A stretch of 45,164 nucleotides of DNA from an uncultured Candidatus Saccharibacteria bacterium (GTDB lineage Bacteria; Patescibacteriota; Saccharimonadia; Saccharimonadales; JAGQNK01): NCBI GenBank assembly GCA_964573155.1, contig CAZNIN010000003.1:1-45164 (forward strand), read 5' to 3'. The stretch's first letter is position 1, and the number at the start of each line of letters is the position of its first letter. Shown here in pieces: positions 33,544 through 44,303 of this stretch. Under the pieces are notes generated by a model that was not told where the DNA came from, did not search any database, and saw only the letters and a program-made list of their open reading frames with translations. Position numbers and translations under genes: made by a program.

Positions 33544-34329
33544 CTAACGTGACAACACGGCCGTTTTTTCTGGCGTTTCGTCGAGGTGATCGAGTGATGA
33601 TATGGGGTTGGTCGCAACATGCCAACAACCTCTCCCCTCTGGAAGTTCAGTAATAAAAGCAAGTTCTCCACGTTCGGCAGCATCTTCGAGAGCTGACTGG
33701 AACGCATGTATCGGCATATCGCTGTACAGTTCTGAATTCTGCAGTCCATTTACCGCGATCGTACGACCCCTGCTGTCTCGAACATAGTAGCCTGAATGGT
33801 CTACATCGAAAGCTACCCCAAACGTATGAGCGCTGTCTCCATCAAATGCCAAAGCATTTTCCGACGTTAACCTTTTCTGATAAATGCTTGTGCGTGTCAT
33901 GCTAGTAATGGAGTACTGTACATTTGACAGCCCAAATCTTTGCATATAGTCACAGGATTCTTCATTCGCCATCAACTTCCTTGCTCCCAATGCAACTCGC
34001 ATCATGGTCGCAAGCGACTCTGGTCGTAAGTATGGAATACTAAAGTCTGTCTCAGCTAGGCGCCTCAAGGCGTCATCCGCAACCCTGTCCTGGTAGTACT
34101 GACGGAATGGCAATTCAGGTCCAGTCGGTACCGGCACGAGTCGCCCCAGCGCTATATCACCCAATGCACTTGTTTTATCTTCGTAGGGCGCTAACCCCGC
34201 GCTTTCCAGCCATGTTCGTTCCTGCCGAAGCTCTATGGGCAATCGGGCCAACTCAGCTGCTTGGGATTCGGGCGACGTATGCTCGAACCGTCTTGTTCGG
34301 ATGCCAGTAGGGAGAGGTTGAGAAATCAT
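33544..34329 (-). CDS. LAS/M15-family zinc peptidase-like protein (VanX/VanY-like), tentative
   Basis: SAHTFGVAFD matches the M15 SxHxxGxAxD motif exactly. A distal CWH could supply the last His ligand, but the usual ExxH glutamate is not obvious. The start codon abuts the ddl stop (0-nt gap). Confidence 0.45.
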   Translation of the reverse strand: MISQPLPTGIRTRRFEHTSPESQAAELARLPIELRQERTWLESAGLAPYEDKTSALGDIALGRLVPVPTGPELPFRQYYQDRVADDALRRLAETDFSIPYLRPESLATMMRVALGARKLMANEESCDYMQRFGLSNVQYSITSMTRTSIYQKRLTSENALAFDGDSAHTFGVAFDVDHSGYYVRDSRGRTIAVNGLQNSELYSDMPIHAFQSALEDAAERGELAFITELPEGRGCWHVATNPISSLDHLDETPEKTAVLSR

Positions 34330-35496
34330 CTAAAACTGCTGTAGATAATTCGTATTAAACACTGTCGCATGTTGCTTTTGTCGTTGCCAGCGCTCTTCGG
34401 CCAAGCGCACCAGTGTCTGCACAAGCTCTACGCTACTTACGCCGGCTGCTTGCCAGTTATGTTCGTACAATCCACCAGGAAGCGGGTTCGCCTCATTGAA
34501 ATAAACCGCATCGGTCTTACTGTCTATTAGCATGTCGATTCGTGCAATGCCCTGGCAACCAAGCGACCGGTATACCTGCTTGCCGAGTGTTTCAGCTTTG
34601 GCATAGAGTTTTTTGTCCAGCTTGGCAGGTATTTCACTGTAACCTTGTGAGCCCTTGGTGCCACTTTTTTGACCGCCCTTCTTGCCACCTTGCATATATT
34701 TAGTGTCAAAGTCAAAGAAATCTTCCGGCTTGGTTAACGGCTTCTCAAGTAAAGCTGGCCTCAGCTCTTCATTACCCAGAATTGGCAGTGTAACTTCTAT
34801 CAAGTTAGAGATCTCTTCTTCGACGATGACTTTCTCGTCGTAGTGCGATGCAACCTCGATCGCATTTTGCAGCTCTTGGCGAGTAGTTACGCGACTAATA
34901 CCGATACTTGACCCGAGGTGCGCCGGTTTAACAAATATCGGGTACTTTAGCGCCGCTTCGATGCCGTCTATCACAGCTTTCGTTTTCTGGGCGAATGCAT
35001 CTCGATACAGGTATTCATATTTAGCAACTGGTATATCATTGGCTTCCGCCACTTGCTTGGCGAGCACTTTATCCATCGCCAGCGTCGAGGCGTCCATGTC
35101 ACAACCGACGAATGGCACATTGGCCATCCTGAGCAAACCCATCAGACTGCCATCCTCGCCATACGTTCCGTGCATGGCCGGAAAGACAATGTCGACCTTT
35201 TGCAACTTTTTCCGACCCGCGATGCCAGTGGACTTGACGAGTGTCATGCCGCCATCAAACTGAATACTAGCCGGCTGCGTCTTGTGCAAAAGCTCCTTAA
35301 TTGCCCCCGAGCTAAACACGTCAATATCTTTGAGTTTCTCATCCCAGTACCAGGCGCCGTCTTTAGCGATATACACCGGCTCTACACGATACTGTTTTGT
35401 GAGTTCTAGCGGCTTGATAATACTCGCGATGGCCGTCACGACCGAAACGTCATGCTCTGTCGATCGGCCGCCAAATATAACTGCAATTGTTTTCAT
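34330..35496 (-). CDS. ddl: D-alanine--D-alanine ligase
   Basis: KTIAVIFGGRSTEHDVSVVTA...VFPAMHGTYGEDGSLMGLL...PIFVKPAHLGSSIGISRV...IARIDMLID...YFNEANPLPG are Ddl/ATP-grasp blocks. Confidence 0.93.
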   Translation of the reverse strand: MKTIAVIFGGRSTEHDVSVVTAIASIIKPLELTKQYRVEPVYIAKDGAWYWDEKLKDIDVFSSGAIKELLHKTQPASIQFDGGMTLVKSTGIAGRKKLQKVDIVFPAMHGTYGEDGSLMGLLRMANVPFVGCDMDASTLAMDKVLAKQVAEANDIPVAKYEYLYRDAFAQKTKAVIDGIEAALKYPIFVKPAHLGSSIGISRVTTRQELQNAIEVASHYDEKVIVEEEISNLIEVTLPILGNEELRPALLEKPLTKPEDFFDFDTKYMQGGKKGGQKSGTKGSQGYSEIPAKLDKKLYAKAETLGKQVYRSLGCQGIARIDMLIDSKTDAVYFNEANPLPGGLYEHNWQAAGVSSVELVQTLVRLAEERWQRQKQHATVFNTNYLQQF

Positions 35497-35539
35497 ATTG
35501 CAATTGTAGCATACAATTAATCACTACAATTAAATAAAA

Positions 35540-36976
35540 CTAGGCGTAGTTATCCGTCCAGTCGTTCTGGAGCATTATAACGTCACCTGCTGCAATGAAG
35601 TGTTCTAAATTTGTATAATACTCAAGAGGGTCATCGACAAGCCTTATTTCACCTGTATAGTCATGCAGCTGCATTCCTTGAATAACAAATTTCGTGACAG
35701 AATTCTCCATCAATACAACGCTATCTGGACTTGCTTGGGCGATAAGCTCCCCCATCTGAATATGCACACGTTCTGTCTCTGTCCCCTGATCAACCAAGCC
35801 TGGCGTAACATATATTTTTCGTCTTGCCGGCAACTCAGTTAACAGGTCAAGCCCAGCCTTGATGCCGTCGATATTACCATTATACGTATCGTCGATAATC
35901 CAAGCTCCTCCTACGTTCCTGGCTTGCATTCTGTGCTCAAAAGAAGTGGTTTTTGCTACCCCTGCTTCGATTTGTTTTTTTCCCATTCCTAATGTGTCTG
36001 CTATGGCCGCCACGGCCGCCAGCGGACCAACCTGGTGACGTCCCAATAAACCACTTCGCAGATGTAAACTCTTGCGGTCTTTGGACATGACGAAACTCGT
36101 GCCATCAAAATTAACTTCAACATTAGATATCTTCCATGCCTCCACTCCACTTGTTGAATATAAGATGTGTGGGTCTTTTATATATGGCCTGGCTGACTCC
36201 GACGCGGCATTGACATAAACATTCTCATCATGCAAATAATCTGCAAGTGAAAAAATATCTCTTGCTGCTGCTTCGAGCGTCGGATACTGGTCTAGGTGTG
36301 CCGGTGCAATGCCCGTAATTACACCCAGTGTTGGTTTGACAGTATCCGCGAACTGCGCAACGTCACCTGGTCGTCCTTCGCCAAATTCAACAACCAGCAC
36401 ATCTTCATCGCCCGTGAGCCCGAGCGCAAACTGGGCGTGTGAACTGGCAACGTTTTTATTGGCAGGAGTTATCGCAACGTTCTTGCCTTCACTTAACACC
36501 GCTCCAAGTAGCTCCTTCATCGTTGTCTTGCCATAACTTCCCGCTACGGCAATTTTGATACCTGGATGTTCAGCAAAGATTTTTCCTGACTGTTCGATCA
36601 GGCGTCGACTTTTCGGTCGCACAATAAGCCAGTCACCCAATATTAAAGGCAAAGCTATAAGATGTGCCCAGACCACAGGATATGAGACAACAAGCGCAAC
36701 ACCGAGGGGCCAAGCACCTTTGCTGTCACGCGCCAACCCAAGCCACATAAAAAGTATCCCAACAATTAACTGCAAAACTATACCGAAGCGCAGCACTGCC
36801 AGAAGCATCTTTGCAGCTTTGGTGCGCTCGAGCGAACGACGTTTCATTACTCGGCTAAAGTCTGACGTCCGCCAGAACCATCGTATGTATGGCAAAACCT
36901 GATACTCGGTGCTTTGAAGCATATAAACAATCACGTTCGGGAACTTGGGGGAAAATAAGCTCAACACACTTTTCAT
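35540..36976 (-). CDS. murF: Mur-ligase family protein, MurF-like, with a membrane-spanning N-terminal region
   Basis: P-loop IAVAGSYGKTTMKELLGAVL. MurF-like blocks: TPANKNVASSHAQ, VVEFGEGRPGDV, KPTLGVITGIAPAHLDQY and IIDDTYNGNIDGIKAGLDLL. The first ~120 aa contain 2-3 hydrophobic helices instead of the usual soluble domain 1. Confidence 0.7.
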   Translation of the reverse strand: MKSVLSLFSPKFPNVIVYMLQSTEYQVLPYIRWFWRTSDFSRVMKRRSLERTKAAKMLLAVLRFGIVLQLIVGILFMWLGLARDSKGAWPLGVALVVSYPVVWAHLIALPLILGDWLIVRPKSRRLIEQSGKIFAEHPGIKIAVAGSYGKTTMKELLGAVLSEGKNVAITPANKNVASSHAQFALGLTGDEDVLVVEFGEGRPGDVAQFADTVKPTLGVITGIAPAHLDQYPTLEAAARDIFSLADYLHDENVYVNAASESARPYIKDPHILYSTSGVEAWKISNVEVNFDGTSFVMSKDRKSLHLRSGLLGRHQVGPLAAVAAIADTLGMGKKQIEAGVAKTTSFEHRMQARNVGGAWIIDDTYNGNIDGIKAGLDLLTELPARRKIYVTPGLVDQGTETERVHIQMGELIAQASPDSVVLMENSVTKFVIQGMQLHDYTGEIRLVDDPLEYYTNLEHFIAAGDVIMLQNDWTDNYA

Positions 36977-37725
36977 GCTAGAAACTCCAAAAGTGCATTC
37001 GCTACAGCCTCGGTGTGATTGCGGTGCACAAAGTGGTCCGCCCCATCGATAATCTTTAGTTCACTGCCAGCTATCGCTTTTTGGTACAGCTTTCCAAACT
37101 CTGGTGGTGTTGCAGTATCCTGCGAACCGTAAACGATGAGACAAGGCAGCCGCATTTTTTTCGCATCAGCCTGCGTGTCATCAGTGACAATGCGCTTGAA
37201 TGTCTCCTGCAGGTGCTCTGCTACAAATAAGTCAGAACCGACCACGTGATACGCTTTGCGCTTCAAGCGCGACTGAATAGTTTTCGGTAACGGCTTGGTC
37301 GCAAGCTTGGCAGTCTTAGCCGCAAGTCGCAGAGCTTTTTTGCGACCTTTGTAGACATCTCGAATGCCAGCCGATGCAATTAACACAAGCTTGTCTGCTT
37401 GCAAATAGCCCGTACTCAGACCACGTAGTGCAATAGCTCCACCATTTGAGTGCCCAACCACGGCCAAAACATGCTGGCAGCCAATTTTTTTCAAAAAGTC
37501 AGCAACAAACATGGCGTAGTTATCCAGCCCCCATGTCTCATGTGGTGCCTGCGTGCCACCAAAGCCAGGCAGGTCGATTGATATGACAGTGAATTTTTTT
37601 GCCAAATTTTTGGATATTGCGTCGAAAGTATGGCGCGCATCTCCCCAACCATGCAGCATCAATACTACAGGACCAGTTCCTGCCTTGTCATAACTGGTCA
37701 TAAGCGAATTGACTACTACTTGCAT
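36973..37725 (-). CDS. alpha/beta-fold hydrolase
   Basis: Oxyanion HG (VVLMLHGWGD), nucleophile elbow VGHSNGG, and the C-terminal DGADHFVH catalytic His region. There is an ATGA overlap with the murF-like gene. Confidence 0.8.
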   Translation of the reverse strand: MQVVVNSLMTSYDKAGTGPVVLMLHGWGDARHTFDAISKNLAKKFTVISIDLPGFGGTQAPHETWGLDNYAMFVADFLKKIGCQHVLAVVGHSNGGAIALRGLSTGYLQADKLVLIASAGIRDVYKGRKKALRLAAKTAKLATKPLPKTIQSRLKRKAYHVVGSDLFVAEHLQETFKRIVTDDTQADAKKMRLPCLIVYGSQDTATPPEFGKLYQKAIAGSELKIIDGADHFVHRNHTEAVANALLEFLA

Positions 37726-37755
37726 GCTTTTGATAGTTTATTACGGGGATCGTTA

Positions 37756-38664
37756 CTATTGCTGGATCGACTGAAGTTTCGCTTGAAGTTCTTCGAGTGG
37801 AATTGATTCTTTAGGGGGTTCGATACTATGGCTTGCACCATAACTCCCAATTTGCTCTGTCGTACCACTCGGATCAGACACTGCAACAATATGTTGGCCC
37901 CAAACGTCAACTTTCATCCTAAATGTTTCGGCTGGCATACCCTGGAATTGAGATGGGTCAATATCCTTGAGCTGTTGTATCCCAGCAATTTCGCCGTATT
38001 GCTTTATAAACTTATAAAAAGCAACTGGGCTTACCTGTACCTCATAGATATACACTGGTCGTCCGTTTTCAACCTTGCGCTCGATCCTTGAATGATCGAA
38101 AGTATATACTTTTTCATTACGCACAATATCCATCAAAGCTCGTCTATCGTGTGCGTTAAAGTTACCTGTCGGCACCACTCCAGACAGAAGAGCCATCTGC
38201 AGCTGACCCACTTGCCCGCCTTGATCGGTAGAACTCCTCCCCCATACATTGACAAGTCCCTCGAAATCAAGCTCCTCACCCCTTGCGTTCTTTTGATCAG
38301 TCTCAATCTTTGTCCAGCGAACATACTCCGCGCTCGGAGTGTTGATAGCTTCTGTTTGCACAGTTGTGCTACCACCCCCTGCACCACTCGTCTGAGTAGT
38401 AAGCGAACGCGTTCTTAGTTCTGGCGATACCAAAAACTCCATGGCTTGATCCGATCCGTCATACGTAACCTTCCTCGTGACACTGCGAGTTCGAAGGCTG
38501 TTTTCTACAGCACCGTACAACACACTCTCAGGACTATTACGCACCTGCCGCCACCAGGCAAGACCGCTTATTACAAAAATTACTACTGCCATGCCTAACA
38601 ATAAGCGAGTTATTTGTTTTGACAGGATTCCACCTCTTTGCGCGATTAGTGAAGTTTTGCTCAT
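37756..38664 (-). CDS. 302-aa N-terminally anchored hypothetical extracytoplasmic protein
   Basis: One TM helix (LLLGMAVVIFVISGLAWW) followed by a ~260-aa soluble domain. I recognise no family. Confidence 0.6.
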   Translation of the reverse strand: MSKTSLIAQRGGILSKQITRLLLGMAVVIFVISGLAWWRQVRNSPESVLYGAVENSLRTRSVTRKVTYDGSDQAMEFLVSPELRTRSLTTQTSGAGGGSTTVQTEAINTPSAEYVRWTKIETDQKNARGEELDFEGLVNVWGRSSTDQGGQVGQLQMALLSGVVPTGNFNAHDRRALMDIVRNEKVYTFDHSRIERKVENGRPVYIYEVQVSPVAFYKFIKQYGEIAGIQQLKDIDPSQFQGMPAETFRMKVDVWGQHIVAVSDPSGTTEQIGSYGASHSIEPPKESIPLEELQAKLQSIQQ

Positions 38665-38681
38665 TGCTTTATTGTAACAGG

Positions 38682-38709
38682 TTCACTTCATGCTCGCACA
38701 TGCTATAAT
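38682..38709 (+). promoter_or_regulatory. candidate promoter for the tRNA-Ala transcript
   Basis: TTCACT (38682-38687), a 16-nt spacer, then TATAAT (38704-38709). This would give a ~135-nt 5' leader before the mature tRNA. Confidence 0.4.
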
Positions 38710-38722
38710 AGGCAGTCGTTAT

Positions 38723-38800
38723 GGGGATACAGCTCAGTTGACCCGCTGCATATGCTGCACTAGTAACAATTGCGCATTTAGCGCTCTAGTCAACTGAGTC
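38723..38800 (+). other. tRNA-derived sequence fragments in the tRNA-Ala leader (direct copy of the 5' end plus an inverted copy of the D-arm)
   Basis: 38723-38741 GGGGATACAGCTCAGTTGA matches tRNA nt 1-19 (GGGGATATAGCTCAGTTGA) at 18/19 positions. 38781-38800 GCGCTCTAGTCAACTGAGTC is the reverse complement of a D-arm-like GACTCAGTTGACTAGAGCGC. The two can form a 10-bp stem. No cloverleaf can be completed. Confidence 0.6.
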
Positions 38801-38851
38801 AATATCATAAGGTTACAAAAAACAGCACCTTTCAGGCGAATCAATTAACGA

Positions 38852-38928
38852 GGGGATATAGCTCAGTTGATTAGAGCGCTTCGCTGGCAGCGAAGAGGTC
38901 CGGGGTTTGAGTCCCCGTATCTCCACCA
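38852..38928 (+). tRNA. tRNA-Ala (anticodon GGC), with encoded CCA
   Basis: Manual cloverleaf: acceptor GGGGATA/TATCTCC with G3:U70, D stem GCTC/GAGC, anticodon stem CTTCG/CGAAG, loop CTGGCAG, T stem CGGGG/CCCCG, discriminator A and CCA. The D-loop has A at position 19 and the T-loop has T at position 56. Confidence 0.9.
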
Positions 38929-38930
38929 GA

Positions 38931-38971
38931 AAATACAACCTACGTTTACACGCGAAAGAGGTTGTATTTTT
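38931..38971 (+). terminator. hairpin terminator after tRNA-Ala
   Basis: A 10-bp stem (AATACAACCT 38932-38941 / AGGTTGTATT 38959-38968) with a 17-nt loop, running into TTTTT. Confidence 0.5.
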
Positions 38972-39040
38972 ATGTGACATACTTTACATCTTTGTATTCG
39001 CCTCCTTGTTACACTGAGCAATGGTTACAAAAGGAGAGGT

Positions 39041-39418
39041 ATGGCGCACGAGTTTGATTTCTCAGGGATCTGGCACAGCATATATGATTATACGAGCAGC
39101 TCCAAGCCAGGAAACTTTACGAGCGAATATGACGTAAAGATCCAAAGCATCGGCAATCAAGTCATCGTCCAAAGTATTCCAAATGACTACGGAGACTACA
39201 TCATCATGCGACTTACGCAAGATAATCGCATATTGACCGGTAGCTGGTATGAGCAAACTTCTCCAAAGGGACCTTACAAAGGAGTTGCCTATTATGGCGC
39301 GATTCAACTCGTCGTTAGTGAAGACGAAGCTCGGATCGAAGGAAAGTGGGTAGGTTTCGATAGGCAGATGAACGTTCGTTGTGATAGATGGGTTCTTCAC
39401 CGTACGGATAAAAAATAA
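39041..39418 (+). CDS. 125-aa hypothetical soluble protein
   Basis: The ATG is preceded by AAAGGAGAGG. The ORF ends inside a strong terminator. I recognise no family. Confidence 0.6.
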   Translation: MAHEFDFSGIWHSIYDYTSSSKPGNFTSEYDVKIQSIGNQVIVQSIPNDYGDYIIMRLTQDNRILTGSWYEQTSPKGPYKGVAYYGAIQLVVSEDEARIEGKWVGFDRQMNVRCDRWVLHRTDKK

Positions 39419-39441
39419 CCACTAGCTATCGTAGTGGTTAT
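39415..39441. terminator. bidirectional hairpin terminator between convergent genes (39041..39418 and ligA)
   Basis: A 10-bp stem (ATAACCACTA / TAGTGGTTAT) with a 7-nt loop. It is followed by TTGTT on the plus strand and TTTTTTA on the minus strand. Confidence 0.65.
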
Positions 39442-39549
39442 TTGTTCGTGCGCGCCCACCCTGCGGCGGGTGAACGCTCATCTTTTGTTTTGGATGTTTG
39501 TTTTGTCGCCGCAAATGCGCACGATTACTTTTAGCTTAACCTTTTTGAC

Positions 39550-42557
<3,008 letters not shown>

Positions 42558-42577
42558 ATCGTTCCTTGCATACGTTA

Positions 42578-43453
42578 CTATCTATGAAAGCCCAATTTGC
42601 GCAACCGAGCGACACGGTCCTCAACTGGCGGATGGGTACTAAAGAGCGCCGAAAGGCTCTTGCCCTTGAGTGGATTAGCAAAAAACAAATGTGCCGTAGA
42701 AGCGTTTTGTCGTTTCATAGTGCTACCGTAGGCTCCTATTTTCTCCAATGCACTCGCCAAACCTTCTGGATGTCGTGTCGTTTCGGCACCTGTCGCGTCA
42801 GCAAGGTATTCACGCTGACGTGAGATGGCTAACTGTATAAACGTTGCAATCATTGGGGTCAGAATCGCCGCTATGATACCGATGACAAAGAACAAATTGC
42901 CTCCGCTATCGTCGTCTCTGTCTCGAAAGAATGTCATATGCAATATGATATCCGCCAACATGCCTATAACCGCTACGAGTGCGAAGGCGATCATTGATAC
43001 ACGAATGTCATAGTTTTTGATATGGCCCAACTCGTGGGCCATAACGCCCTCCAGCTCTGTATCACTCATTATGTCCAGGATGCCAGTCGTAGCTGCAACC
43101 GATGCGTGTTTCGGATCACGACCAGTAGCCATAGCATTTGGTGCTGGATCGTCAATGATATATACCTTTGGCATCGGCATACCTTCTGTAATGCTTAGGT
43201 TTTCTACAATGCGCCACAAACGCGGGTTGTCACGTTTTTGAATTTCGCGAGCACCATTGAAAGCTAGTGCCATACGCGATCCGGCAAAATAGCTTATAAG
43301 CGCATACACTGCAGCCCCTACCAGTACATAAGGTGTAAGTAACGGCTCTCTGAAGTACATGGCAAACAGCCATCCAAGTCCAGCTACAAGCGCGACGAAG
43401 AGTGTCATCATGAAAACCGTCTTGCGCTTGTTTGCAGCAATCTCTTTATACAC
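42578..43453 (-). CDS. htpX: M48-family zinc protease HtpX
   Basis: HELGHIKNYD (HExxH) lies between TM helices. The C-terminal EYLADATGAETT...FSTHPPVEDRV block is typical of HtpX. Confidence 0.9.
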   Translation of the reverse strand: MYKEIAANKRKTVFMMTLFVALVAGLGWLFAMYFREPLLTPYVLVGAAVYALISYFAGSRMALAFNGAREIQKRDNPRLWRIVENLSITEGMPMPKVYIIDDPAPNAMATGRDPKHASVAATTGILDIMSDTELEGVMAHELGHIKNYDIRVSMIAFALVAVIGMLADIILHMTFFRDRDDDSGGNLFFVIGIIAAILTPMIATFIQLAISRQREYLADATGAETTRHPEGLASALEKIGAYGSTMKRQNASTAHLFFANPLKGKSLSALFSTHPPVEDRVARLRKLGFHR

Positions 43454-43484
43454 CGTTCGTCACACCTCCAAAATGTGTCTTTTG

Positions 43485-44045
43485 TTATTCGAAATTCACG
43501 TCTGTCGGCTTAGAAATGGCAGCCATTTCCGCTTCTTCAACCTCAAAGAATTCGCGTGCCTTGAACCCGAATATACCGGCAAAAATATTGTACGGTACTG
43601 TCTTGACCTTAATGTTCAAATCACGTACAGACCCGTTGTAGAATCGGCGTGCAGCTTGGATTTTGTCTTCAGTGTCGACGAGCTCTTCCTGTAGGTGTTT
43701 GAAGTTTTCGTTAGCCTTCAAATCAGGGTAAGCCTCAGCTACGGCAAAAAGACTCTTTAGAGCACCCGTCAACATGTTTTCAGCATCAGCTGTCTCTTGC
43801 ACGCCTTGGGCGTTCACGACTGCTGAACGTGCTTTGGTGACCTCTTCAAATACGCGGCTTTCATGTTTTGCATAGCCCTTGACTGTGTTTACAAGATTCG
43901 GGATCAGATCGGCACGTCGCTTTAGTTGAACGGTAATATCACTCCAAGCTTCATCTACTCTAACGTTGGTGCGCACCAATGCGTTGTACATCACCACAAG
44001 TGCGATAACAACAACGGCGATTACCGCAATAATAATCCATGTCAT
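43485..44045 (-). CDS. lemA: LemA family protein
   Basis: An N-terminal TM helix is followed by [33 protein letters not shown]...[10 protein letters not shown]...[12 protein letters not shown], the canonical LemA blocks. Confidence 0.9.
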   Translation of the reverse strand: MTWIIIAVIAVVVIALVVMYNALVRTNVRVDEAWSDITVQLKRRADLIPNLVNTVKGYAKHESRVFEEVTKARSAVVNAQGVQETADAENMLTGALKSLFAVAEAYPDLKANENFKHLQEELVDTEDKIQAARRFYNGSVRDLNIKVKTVPYNIFAGIFGFKAREFFEVEEAEMAAISKPTDVNFE

Positions 44046-44077
44046 AGGTATATATTCCCTCTTATATTTACCTTAGA

Positions 44078-44086
44078 ATTATACCA
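44078..44086 (-). promoter_or_regulatory. extended -10 promoter element (TGGTATAAT) upstream of lemA-htpX
   Basis: The minus strand reads TGGTATAAT about 33 nt upstream of the lemA ATG. There is no good -35 element, which is consistent with the extended -10 class. Confidence 0.45.
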
Positions 44087-44105
44087 CCTCTAGCCGTACA
44101 GAGTA

Positions 44106-44255
44106 CTATTTCTTTGGTTTTGGTTGTTCGTTTTCGGCTAGGAGCTGCTTTTCGATATGGTGCAGCGCAGCCTGCACCCGTTGATGAGTATCTAGATTCG
44201 CCTGTATAGAAGCACATGCTTGTCGAATAATCACCAATGCTTCCTCGTTCGTCAT
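44106..44255 (-). CDS. candidate 49-aa helical small protein downstream of the fibre-like gene (below the ORF-track cutoff)
   Basis: The ATG at 44255 is preceded by AAGGAGAG with a 4-5-nt spacer. It translates to MTNEEALVIIRQACASIQANLDTHQRVQAALHHIEKQLLAENEQPKPKK. Confidence 0.4.
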   Translation of the reverse strand: MTNEEALVIIRQACASIQANLDTHQRVQAALHHIEKQLLAENEQPKPKK

Positions 44256-44303
44256 ATAACTCTCCTTGTTAGTTCGAAACTATTATAGCAACTAAGCTTC
44301 GGC

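Noticed and set aside
38723-38800. A second tRNA gene, a tRNA pseudogene, or an att site of an integrated element next to tRNA-Ala.
   Set aside because: No cloverleaf can be completed because there is no anticodon or T arm. The duplicated part is the tRNA 5' end rather than the 3' end usually duplicated by integrases. No integrase or island-like genes follow the tRNA.
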